64,000 nucleotides of DNA from Anaeramoeba ignava BMAN (taxonomy: Eukaryota > Protista > Anaeramoebae): assembly GCA_028826165.1 (NCBI GenBank), contig JAPDFW010000053.1, forward strand, positions 186,001-250,000. Reading direction: 5' to 3'. This document shows, piece after piece, positions 44,369-55,930 of this stretch. Position numbers and translations under genes: made by a program. The number at the start of each line of letters is the position of its first letter. Position 1 is the first letter of the stretch. The notes under the pieces are model-generated. The model was not told the origin of the DNA. It saw only the letters and a list, made by a program, of their open reading frames with translations, and made no database searches.

Positions 44369-46607
44369 TCAATTAAATTTATTAACAATATCTTCAAAAG
44401 TGGGTCTTTTTTCTGGATCTTTTTGAAAACATTGAACCATGATTTGCAAAATTTCTTTATTACAAGAACCAGCATCATTTGAAACCAAATCAAACAACAC
44501 ATTATTTTGATTTTTTTCCGATTGATAAAATTTCTTCAATTTTGAATAAAAAGAATTTGGTTGTTGTAAAGAAACCATTTCAAACAACAACAAACCATAA
44601 TGAAAAACATCAGTTTTTTGAGTGAATTGGTTTTGTTGGAAATTATTAAGTGATTCAGGTGGATTCCAACATCCAAAAAGTGAAGTATTTTGTTCATCAA
44701 AATTTTGTTCAATTTTTTGATTTGAAATTGCGAATCCAAAATCACAAATTTGGATTCTGTCATCCTCAGTGATTAATAAATTCCATGATTTAAGATCGCA
44801 ATGTATTATGTTTAGTTCATGAATAAATTTCATTCCTGATGCAATATCTTTTGCATATTGTGTTATTTTTTCTTCAGAAATTTTTTGTTTTTTGGTTCTG
44901 AGTTGATGATATTTATCAAATAAAGATCCTCCAGAAACAAATTCAAGAACAATAAAATTTGTTGATTCAAGAGAATGACTTAATTCTAAGAATTGTTTTC
45001 CGTTTGAAGTTTCATGATAGCCGATCATTTCAACAATATTTTCATGATGAGCTTTATTTTGCAGATGACTTTTTTTTTTGGAAATTTAATTACAAATTAA
45101 AATTGATATAAAATTAATATAAAATTGATTTAAAATTGATATAAAATTGATATAAAATTGATATAAAATTGAATTAAAATTGATATAAAATTAATATAAA
45201 ATTAATTTAAAATTAATATAAAATTAATATAAAATTGATTTAAAATTGATTTAAAATTGATTTAAAATTGATTTAAAATTTATTTAAAATTGATTTAAAA
45301 TTGATTTAAAATTGATATAAAATTAATTTAAAATTGATTTAAAATTGATATAAAATTGATATAAAATTGATTTAAAATTGATATAAAATTGATATAAAAT
45401 TGAATTAAAATTGATTTAAAATTGATATAAAATTAATTTAAAATTGATTTAAAATTGATTTTAATATAAAATTAATATAAAATTGATATAAAATTGATTT
45501 AAAATTGATATAAAATTAATATAAAATTGATATAAAATTGATTTAAAATTGATTTAAAATTGATTTAAAATTGATATAAAATTAATATAAAATTGAATTA
45601 AAATTGATATAAAATTGATTTTAAAATTAATTTATAAAATTGATTTAAAATTATAAAATTGATATAAAATTAATATAAAATTGATTTAAAATTGATTTAA
45701 AATTGATTTAAAATTGATTTAAAATTGATATAAAATTAATATAAAATTGATTTAAAATTGATTTAAAATTGATTTAAAATTGAATTAAATTGATATAAAA
45801 TTAATTTAAAATTAATATAAAATTAATATAAAATTAATTAAAATTGATTTAAAATTGATTTAAAATTGATTTAAAATTGATATAAAATTGATTTAAAATT
45901 GATATAAAATTGATTTAAAATTAATTTAAAATTAATATAAAATTGATATAAAATTGATATAAAATTAATATAAAATTGATTTAAAATTGATATAAAATTG
46001 ATTTAAAATTGATTTAAAATTGATATAAAATTGATATAAAATTGATTTAAAATTAATATAAAAAATTTAAAATTAATTTAAAATTAATTTAAAATTGATA
46101 TAAAATTGATATAAAATTGAATTTAAAATTAATATAAAATTGATTTAAAATTGATATAAAATTGATATAAAATTGATATAAAATTAATATAAAATTGATT
46201 TAAAATTGATATAAAATTGATTTAAAATTGAATTTAAAATTGAATTTAAAATTGATATAAAATTGATATAAAATTGATATAAAATTAATTTAAAATTGAT
46301 ATAAAATTGATATAAAATTGATTTTTAATTTAAAATTGATATAAAATTGATATAAAATTAATTTAAAATTGATTTAAAATTGATATAAAATTAAAATTGA
46401 TTTGATTTTGGTTTTTTTTTTCAATTTAAAAATAACTCACGTTAAAATTAAAATTTCATTTCTAAATTCTTTGCATGATCTTTCAAAAATTTTTATAACA
46501 ACTTTTTGATTTTTAAAAGTTCCTGCATATATTTTTCCAGTTGCTCCCCTTTTATATATTTCATCAATTTGAATATCTTTTGGTTGTATATAATAATTCT
46601 TTTCCAT
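44369..46607 (-). CDS. Tyrosine-kinase-like (TKL) protein kinase, non-RD, 2 exons
   Basis: Exon 1 46607-46441 (MEKNYYI..RGATGKIY..VVIK). Intron 46440-45069. Exon 2 has HHENIV, LEFVSGGSL, HCDLKSWN, DFG, WNPPE, DVFHYG and KRPTF. Confidence 0.85.
45100..46400. repeat. 11-bp minisatellite (AAAATTGATAT/AAAATTGATTT)n filling the kinase intron
   Basis: Directly visible. Confidence 0.92.
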
Positions 46608-46955
46608 TTTAAAGAAGAAAAAATGAAAAAATGAAAAATGAAAAATGAAAAATGAAAAATGAAAAATTGAAATTTTTTTTAGTTTTTTTTTCAATTTAGG
46701 GAAATATTTTGATTTAGAATTTCTTAATTTTTAATTATTTCTAATTAAATTAAAATAATTTTATATTGAAAAAATAATGGAAATTGATTTATTTCTTTTT
46801 ATTTTTTTAAATAAGATAAAAAGGAGAAAAAAAAATAAAAGGAGAAAAAAAATTATTTAAATTTACTTCATTTTTCCTTTTTTTCCTTTTTCATTTTTCA
46901 TTTTTCATTTTTCATTTTTCATTTTTCATTTTTTTTTAAAAATTATTTATATAAT

Positions 46956-49472
46956 ATGGCTTCTCATACAAATCGTTTATCAAGAGAAGATTTTCATAAA
47001 CAAAAAGAATTAGAACAAGCAAGAAAAGATGGAACAGCAGCACCGTATGCAAAAATAGAAATAAAACCATATAAAATTCATTTATAAAATTAAAATTCAT
47101 TTATAAAATTAAAATTAAAATTAAAATTAAAATTAAAATTAAAAATCAAATTAAAATAAAATTCATTTAAAATTAAAATTAAAATTAAAAATCATTTATA
47201 AAATTAAAATTAAAATTAAAATTAAAATTTTAAAATTAAAATTAAAATTAAAATTAAAATTAAAATTAAAATAAAAATCAAAATCCAAATTAAAATTAAA
47301 ATTAAAATCAAAATTAAAAATTTATTAAAATTAAAATTAAAATTTAAATTCATTTATAAAATTAAAATTAAAATTAAAATTTAAATTAAAATTAAAATTA
47401 AAATAAAATCAAAATTCATTTATAAAATTAAAATTCATTTTATAAAATTAAAATTAAAATTCATTTATAAAATTAAAAATTAATAGAGAAAAAGATGAAG
47501 ATGGAGCAGAAATTAATCCACATATTCCACAATATATTGCACAAGCACCATGGTATTTAAGTTCAGGACGACCAAGTTTACGACATCAACGATTAAACAA
47601 ACCACAACAAACAGGAGTTTCACTTGATCAATGGTATAAACGAGGGAAAACAACAACACAAGCAACAAAATATCGAAAAGGAGCATGTGAAAATTGTGGA
47701 GCAATGACTCATTCAACAAAGGATTGCACAGAACGCCCACGAAAACGTGGAGCTAAATGGACTGGCTCAGATATCAAACCTGATGAATACTTGCAAGCTT
47801 TTGATTTGGATTATGATTCTAAACGAGACCGTTGGAACGGTTATGATCCTAAATATCATTCTGAAGTCATCCGCAAATTTGAACTTTTAGAAGATGAAAG
47901 AAAAAAAATTCGAGAGAAAGAATTGAAAGAAAAAGTCGAGAATTCTGTTGTGGATTCTCCTAATGTTGATGAGGATTTGGAAGACGGAAAAGTTGTTCCT
48001 TTCCAAAAATTGGATGTTAAAACAAGAACTACTGTTCGTGATCTTCGTATTAGGAAGACACTGCTAAATATTTATTAAATCTTGATGTGAATTCTGCATT
48101 TTATGATCCTAAAACAAGATCTATGAGAGAAAATCCTTTGGCAAATACACCAAATGATCGATCAGTAAATAATATTAAATAAAATCAAAAAAATATTTAA
48201 AAATATTTAAAAATATTTAATAATAAATGAAATAATATTTAATAATAAATGAAATAATATTTAAAAATATTTGAAAATATTTAAAAATATTTAAAAATAC
48301 ATGAAATAAATTAAATCAAATTAAATCAAATATTTAATAATACATGAAATAATATTTAAAAATACATGAAATAATATTAAATCAAATATTTAAAAATACA
48401 TGAAATAAAATTAAATCAAATATTTAATACTATTAAATAAAATAATATTAAATCAAATATTTAATAATACATGAAATAATATTAAATCAAATATTTAAAA
48501 ATACATGAAATAATATTAAATCAAATATTTAAAAATACATGAAATAATATTAAATCAAATATTTAATAATACATGAAATAATATTGAAATAAAATTAAAT
48601 CAAATATTTAAAAATACATGAAATAATATTAAATCAAATATTTAATAATAAATGAAATAATATTTAAAAATACATGAAATAATATTTAAAAATATTTAAA
48701 AATACATGAAATAATATTTAAAAATATTTAATAATAAATGAAATAAATCAAATATTTAAAAATATTTAAAAATAAATGAAATTATATTAAATCAAATATT
48801 TGAAATAATATTTAAAATATGAAATAATATTAAATAAAATATTTAATAATAAATGAAATAATAATAAATCAAATATTAAATAATACATGAAATAATATTA
48901 AATAAAATCATATTAATTTTAATTTTAATTTTAATTTTTAAAAATATTTAGAATATTAACTTCTTTGGTGATAATGAAAAAGATATAAAGGTGATGCAGT
49001 AAAATTTGTTGAAACTCAATTTTTTGCTTGGGAATCTTCAGAAAAAGGTCATGGAAATATTTTACAAGCTGCTCCAACTCAAACAGAATTAGGTCATCAA
49101 GAAATACAAAAAAGAAAAGAATTATTAAAACAACAAAAAAGACAAAAAATGATTGAAAAATATGGAGGAAAAGAACATTTACTTGATGGTACTAAATCAA
49201 GTTTAATTTTTGGACAAACAGAAGGATTTGTTGAATATACAAGAGATGGAAGAATTATAAAAGGAAGAGATATGCCAAAAGTTATTTTACGAGACAAACA
49301 AGAAAAAGAAAAAGATGAACAAAAAGAAAAAGATGAGCAAAAAGAAGAAAAAGAAAAAGAAAAAGAAAAAGATGAACAAAAAGAAAAAGATGAACAAAAA
49401 GAAAAAGATGAACAAAAAGAAAAAGATGAACAAAAAGAAAAAGATGAACAAGAAAAGGATGAAAAAAATTAA
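46956..49472 (+). CDS. SLU7: Pre-mRNA splicing factor Slu7
   Basis: [13 protein letters not shown]|[20 protein letters not shown], zinc knuckle [34 protein letters not shown](RED)[28 protein letters not shown]. Introns 47045-47486 and ~48164-48951. Frameshifts at ~48053 and ~48980. Confidence 0.95.
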
Positions 49473-49659
49473 AATCAATTTATTTCTTTATATTTCTTTA
49501 TATTTCTTTATATTTCTTTAAATTTCTTTATATTTCTTTAAATTTCTTTATATTTCTTTGTATTCAATCCCCAAATTCTTTTCAATAAAATTAAAATAAA
49601 ATTAAAATAAAATTAAAATTAAAATAAAATTAAAATAAAATTAAAATAAAATTAAAATT

Positions 49660-52600
49660 TTAAAGTATTTTTTTTTGTTCAGGAAATAATTTTAAATGTT
49701 CACATGATCCAAAATTAACTTCTTCAAAAAAATAAGTTTTCATCCAATCAACAACATATTTAATCTGAAAAAATTGAAGAGCATTTGAATAATAAGTTCC
49801 AGTATTAAAAGGATTAAAATGAACATCTCCAACCCAAAAATGAGAATATCTTTTTGAATTAATAATTTCATTTGCAGTTTGATTTTTAGCAATTAAAACT
49901 GAATGTTGACGGAAAAGAAGGAAATTCCAACCACAAAAAAATATATCCATACAAATAATACAAAACATCCAAGTTTCATAAATAAAAAAATCAATAAAGA
50001 AATTATAAAAAGAAAAAAAGTGGAACGGACGAATTTGAGGATTTTGTAAAAGTGTAAGAAAAGTAAATATCACGTAAATAAATTCTGATATGAACACTGT
50101 AACAAGAAACAAGTAGAAAATTGCATGGTTTTTATATCCCACTGGATTGATTGTCCATGGGCAAAAATGATCAAATCTTGCTACACATTTTCCTGATTTT
50201 GCATCATGTTTTGATCTTAAAGGTCGAATTATTTGACATGTTTCACAAAATTTATCTTCTATAATATCACTTGGATATTTTCCCATCCATGTATTTTTGT
50301 TTGTTAAACTTTCTTTCGTCACTTTTTGTTCATCTAAAAATCCTGGGTTTTTTACTATTGATTGATAATATGCCCAAAACATGATAGCACTAGTTGTCAA
50401 AAAAAATATTGAAAAAATTGGATAACTAATAAAAATTTGTAATCAATTTGTCAAAGAAAATTTTTTTAATTTTAAATTTTAAATTTTAAATTTTAAATAA
50501 TTTTAAATAATTTTAAAAGGATATTAAAAGACATCTTCCAAAAATAAGTTCCATAAATCATTAATAAAAAACCAGCTGCCATTCCTAAAGCAGTAGGATT
50601 TTTAACAAAAATTAATTCAACTTCTCTTGCTTGGATCATATAAGGAGCAAAAAGAATCGGGGAAATCAATAGACAAGCCAATAATGAAAAATTGGAAATT
50701 AAAACAAAGAAAATTCCAGCTAATAAAGAAGGCATTATCATGTAAAAATAATGTTTCGAAAAATATCCGAAAATTTTTTTTCTAGCAAGAAATTGAGATT
50801 TTTGAGTGAGTTCAATTCTTCTTAAAATTTGAAAGTTGCGGTTTTCGATGAGAATATCAAATACAGTTTGGTCGAAATTATCTCTAATTGAAACATCAGC
50901 AAAAGCTTTAATTAAAAGGATAGTTATTTCAGAATGTGACATTAATGCTGCCCAATGAAGTGCTGTACATCCATCGTTATCTTGCAAATTTAAGTTGCAA
51001 TTTTGTTGAGTAAGATATCTTACGATTGAAATATTGCCTTGGATTGCTCCCCAATGAAGAGCTTTAAATCAAAAAAAAAAAAATCAAAAACAAGAAATCA
51101 ATTAAATATTTTATACTTTTCATGTTTTTGGAAAAAATTTTGTGTTTTTTATTTTGTTTTTGATTATTACCAGTTCTTGATTGACCATCTAGATCGTTTA
51201 CAGATATTCCTTCTTGTACAAATATATGCAAAAGAAGTGGGTGATTATATTGTGCTGCTAGATGTATTGCAGATAAGCCTTGTGAATTTTGAATAAATTT
51301 ATCAATGCTTTTTGATAAAAGTAAGATTGCAACTCTAAGAGAACCATGAATTGCAGCAAAATGCAAAGGGGTTTGTTTGTAGTCTCCTCCTTGGATATCT
51401 GGGTCTGCACCTTGTTGTATAAGAAGGTTTGCAATTTCGGAATAATCTGAGATTGAGCAATAGTGAAGTGGAGCCAAATCTTAATAATTTGCAACAAAAA
51501 TATTGAATTGAATATTGAATTGAATATTAAATTAAATTGAATTGAATTGATTTGAATTGAATTGAATTGAATATTGAATTGAATTGAATATTGAATATTG
51601 AATATTGAATATTGAATTGAATTGAATTGAATTGAATATTGAATATTGAATATTGAATATTGAATTGAATATTGAATTGAATTGAATTGAATATTGAATT
51701 GAATTAAATATTGAATTGAATTGAATTGAATTGAATTGAATTGAATTGAATTGAATTGATTTGAATTGAATTGAATTGAATATTGAATTGAATTGAATAT
51801 TGAATTAAATATTGAATTGATTTGATTTGAATTGAATTGAATGGATTTGAATTGAATCGAAATTGGGTGAATATTGAATCAAATATTTGAGGTAAATATT
51901 GAATGAAATTTGAATATTGATTTGAATTTGAATGGTGGTGGAATTGGGTAAATATTGATGGAATCGGAATTGGAATATTGAATATTGAAAATATTGAATA
52001 TTGAATATTGAATCAATTAAATTGAATATTGAAAATTGGAAAAATTAAATGGGTAAATTAAATTGAAATGGAATTGAATAGAAAATTGAATTGAATGGAA
52101 TGAATATGGAGGAATTGAATATGGAAATTGAATTGAATTAAATTGAATTAAAATTAAATATTGAATTGAATGAATGGTGAATTGTAAAATTGAATTGAAT
52201 ATGTATTGAATATTGAATTGAATTAAATATTGAATATTAAATTGAATATTGAATTAAATTAAATATTGAATATTGAATTAAATTAAATATTGAATATTGA
52301 ATTGAATTGAATTGAATATTGAATTGAATATTGAATTAAATATTGAATTAAATTGATTTGAATTGAATTAAATATTAAATATTGATTTGAATATTGAATA
52401 TTGAATTGAATTGAATTAAATTGAATTAAATATTGAATTAAATTAAATATTGAATTGATTTGAATATTGAATTGAATATTGAATATTGAATATTGAATAT
52501 TGAATTGAATATTGAATTGAATTGAATTGAATATTGAATTGAATATTGAATTAAATTGAGAAAGATAATCTACTGTATTCATCTTTTTCATTAACATTTA

Positions 52601-52715
52601 TTTTTTTTTGTTTTAAAAGAGCAAATGCTTCTTCTTTTCTTTTAGTTTTTAAAAGATGATTTAATGATGATCCATTGAATAAAAATAATAAAGAATCATT
52701 TCCAGACTGTTCCAT
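49660..52715 (-). CDS. Ankyrin-repeat DHHC palmitoyltransferase (Akr1/ZDHHC17-like), DHFC variant, 4 exons
   Basis: Exons 52715-52574, 51479-51171, 51061-50533 and 50425-49660. Ankyrin repeats (TPLHFAA, ALHWAA), TM segments, and CETCQIIRPLRSKH..CVARFDHFCPW, NQTANE, NPFN. Confidence 0.9.
51500..52560. repeat. (AATTG/AATATTG)n satellite in DHHC intron 1
   Basis: Directly visible; garbled middle section at ~51840-52200. Confidence 0.85.
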
Positions 52716-52811
52716 TAAAATTTCCAAAAAAGAAAAAAAATGAAAAAAAATGAAAAAAAAATGAAAAATAATTTTTTAAATTCATTTTTTTATTTTTTTA
52801 TTTTTTTATTA

Positions 52812-54213
52812 ATGGATAATTTTTCTTGTTTTCATTCTTCTGTTGGATGGCAAAGAATTGATTCTTCTTCAGGACTTTCACCAATTCCTGTTACTAAATG
52901 TGGAATTGTAACCTTAGGAAATTATATGTATATTTTTGGTGGAAGGTAATTAAAATTAAAATTAAAATTAAAATTAAAATTAAAATTAAAAATTAAAATT
53001 AAAATTAAAATTAAAATTAAAATTAAAATTAAAATTAAAATTAAAATAAAAATTCAAATTAAAATTAATTTAAAATTAAAAATTAAAATTAAAATTAAAA
53101 AATTAAAATTAAAATTCATTTATAAAATCAAAATCGGATAAAAAATTAAATTTAAAAATTAAAATGAAAAGTCCTGAAATAAATGATTCGGAATCAAATC
53201 AATTTTTCGCATTTGATTTAATCACAAAAGAATGGATCGAAATCAATGCAGAAGGAGAATGTCCAACACCAAGATGCGCACACGCAATGTGTGGATTTGA
53301 AGATAAAATCTGGTTATTTGGAGGATCAGGAACATCAAATTATCTTAACGATTTTTATGAATATGATGTTGAACAAAATAAATGGAAAAAAATACAAACA
53401 CAAAAACATCCAAAAGCAAGATATTCACATTCACTAAACTATTGCCAAGGAAGGCTCATTGTTTTTGGAGGAGTTCCTGAAGAAGGAGAAAGATTAAATG
53501 ATACTTGGATTTTTGATTTGAAATCACAAAATTGGAATAAATTAAAAATTTCAAGTGAAATTCCTATTGGAAGATCATCTCATACTTCCATTATTTTTGA
53601 GAATAAACTGATTATTTTTGGAGGTTATGGCGCTGATTCTCGGCGTCATCAAGATTTATGGGAATTAAATATAAAAACGGATCAATGGAAACAAATTCAA
53701 ATTGCAAATGATTTTAATTCAAAAGAAGAAAAAATGAGATTTTTGAGAAAATTTCGATTCCAATTATTTAGCGATTATTATGACACAGAAAATAAAAAAC
53801 CCTTTTATGATTGTCATATTCCTCTCGAGATGAGTGGAGCTGTTGCAATGATTTATCAAGAAAGATATCTTGTTATTTTTGGAGGTGTTTCAAGTTTGAT
53901 TGGAACTCATAATTACACTTTTATATTTGATTTTGAAACAAATAAATGGATGAATTATGACAAGCTCTTGAGAGATTTTTCTCGTTATCATTCCGAGATT
54001 GATTCTCCAGTTAAAGATCAGCAAAAAGTGGATCAAAATATTCAAAAACCTCCACCTCGTTTTGGACATGTTGGTGTTCAACATGATGTTAATCAACTTG
54101 TTGTTTTTGGTGGTGATCATTATCAAAATGATGTTTGGATTCTTGTTTTGGAACCGAATATTGTTTTAGATTTAAGATTATTTTTACAATCAAAACAATT
54201 TTGTGATTTTTGA
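52812..54213 (+). CDS. Kelch-repeat beta-propeller protein ending in a BTB stub
   Basis: Exon 1 52812-52945 (..YMYIFGG), (AAAATT)n intron, exon 2 from ~53172. Kelch motifs PRCAH..WLFGG, ARYSH..VFGG, GRSSH..IFGG and PRFGH..VFGG. Ends NIVLDLRLFLQSKQFCDF*. Confidence 0.85.
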
Positions 54214-54305
54214 AAAGCAAAAAAAATAAAGCAAAAAAAATTAAAGCAAAAATTTTTTTTCATTTTTCTTTCTTTCTTTCATTTTTTGGATAATTAAAAA
54301 AAAAA

Positions 54306-55576
54306 ATGTCACAAACAAAATCACAAGAAGATGTTCCATATTTTTTACAAATGCAAATTAAAGTAATAAATTGATAAATTAAAATTCTTAATTGAAACTA
54401 AAAAGAAAAAATTAAATAAAAGGTTTTTACAAAATGGTTGAATAAATATTTAAAAGAAGCAAAAGAATCAATAACAGATTTACAAAAAGAATTTGAAGAT
54501 GGAGTAAAATTGATAAAATTAGCTGAAGTATTAACAGGAAAAGCGTAAGAAAGCAAAATTAAAATCAAAATCAAAATCAAAATCAAAATTAAAATCAAAA
54601 TCAAAATCAAAATCAAAATCAAAATCAAAATCAAAATTAAAATAAAAATTAAAATAAAAATCAAAATCAAAATCAAAATTAAAATCAAAATCAAAATCAA
54701 AATTAAAATTAAAATTAAAATCAAAATCAAAATCAAAATCAAAATCAAAATCAAAATCAAAATCAAAATTAAAATAAAAATTAAAATCAATATTAAAATC
54801 AAAATCAAAAATCAAAATCAAAATCAAAATCAATATTAAAATCAAAATCAAAATCAAAATCAAAATTAAAATCAAAATCAAAATCAAAATTAAAATCAAA
54901 ATCAAAATCAAAATCAAAATCAAAATCAAAATCAAAATCAAAATCAAAATCAAAATCAAAATCAAAATCAAAATCAAAATCAAAATCAAAATTAAAATCA
55001 AAATGAAAATCAAAATGAAAATCAAAATTAAATAGAATTTCAAGATATATTAAAAATCCAAAAATGAGAATCCAAAAAATTCAGAATCTAAACCTTGCAT
55101 TGAAACATCTTCAAACAGAGAAAAAAATTAAATTGATAGGAGTTTCATCAGAAAATTTTATTGATGGAAATTTAAAAATGATATTAGGATGTATTTGGGA
55201 AATTATTTTAAAATGTTCTATTGAAGAAATTTCAGTTGATAAAGTTAAAGGAAAAGAAGCATTACTTTTATGGTGTCAAAAACAAACTCATGAGTATAAA
55301 AACGTTAACGTGACTGATTTTACATCAAGTTGGAAAGATGGATTAGCATTGGCAGCAATTCTTAATCAAAATGAACCTTCAATGGTTCAGTTTAATTTTC
55401 TTGATCCAAAAAATGAATCAGAAAATTTTATGGTTGTTTTTGAAGCAGCAGATCAATTAGGAATTTATCAAATGCTTGATGTTGAAGATATGCTTGTTGA
55501 TGTTTTAGATGAAAAAGCAATGATGGTTTATTTGGCTGAATATTATCATTTTTTTACAAATCGGGAAAAAAAATAA
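54306..55576 (+). CDS. Stand-alone tandem calponin-homology (alpha-actinin-type actin-binding domain) protein
   Basis: MQIK|VFTKWLNKYL..DGVKL..|..RIQKIQN..LKMILGCIWEII..KEALLLWCQ..FTSSWKDGLA..DEKAMMVYLAEYY, then stop. Same two intron positions as the downstream actinin. Confidence 0.85.
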
Positions 55577-55930
55577 TTTTTTTTTTTTAAAAAGTGGATT
55601 CCATTTAATTTTTTAATTTTTAATTAATTTTTTTCAAGATTAAATTAAAAAATCAAAAGAGAATAAAACAAAGGAAAAAAATTAAATTTAATTTCAAATT
55701 AAAAATTAATTTAAAAATATTAAAATTTTTGCTTTTTTTTTTTGATTTTTTTTAATTTAAAAAAGAAAAAAAATTTTTTTTTAATTTTTATTTTTCATTT
55801 TTCTTTTAAACACAAAAAAAAAAGAAAATAAAACACAATTAAGTAAATTTAAATTAAAAAAATTTTTTTTTTTTTTTTCGTAATAAATAAAATTAAAATT
55901 AAATTTTAAATTAAAATTAGTTTCAAAAAA

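Noticed and set aside
51840-52200. Possible hidden exon or element in the G-enriched part of the DHHC intron; also the garbled 22300-23600 region
   Set aside because: Looks like noisy consensus of the surrounding repeats; no coherent ORF or splice pair found.
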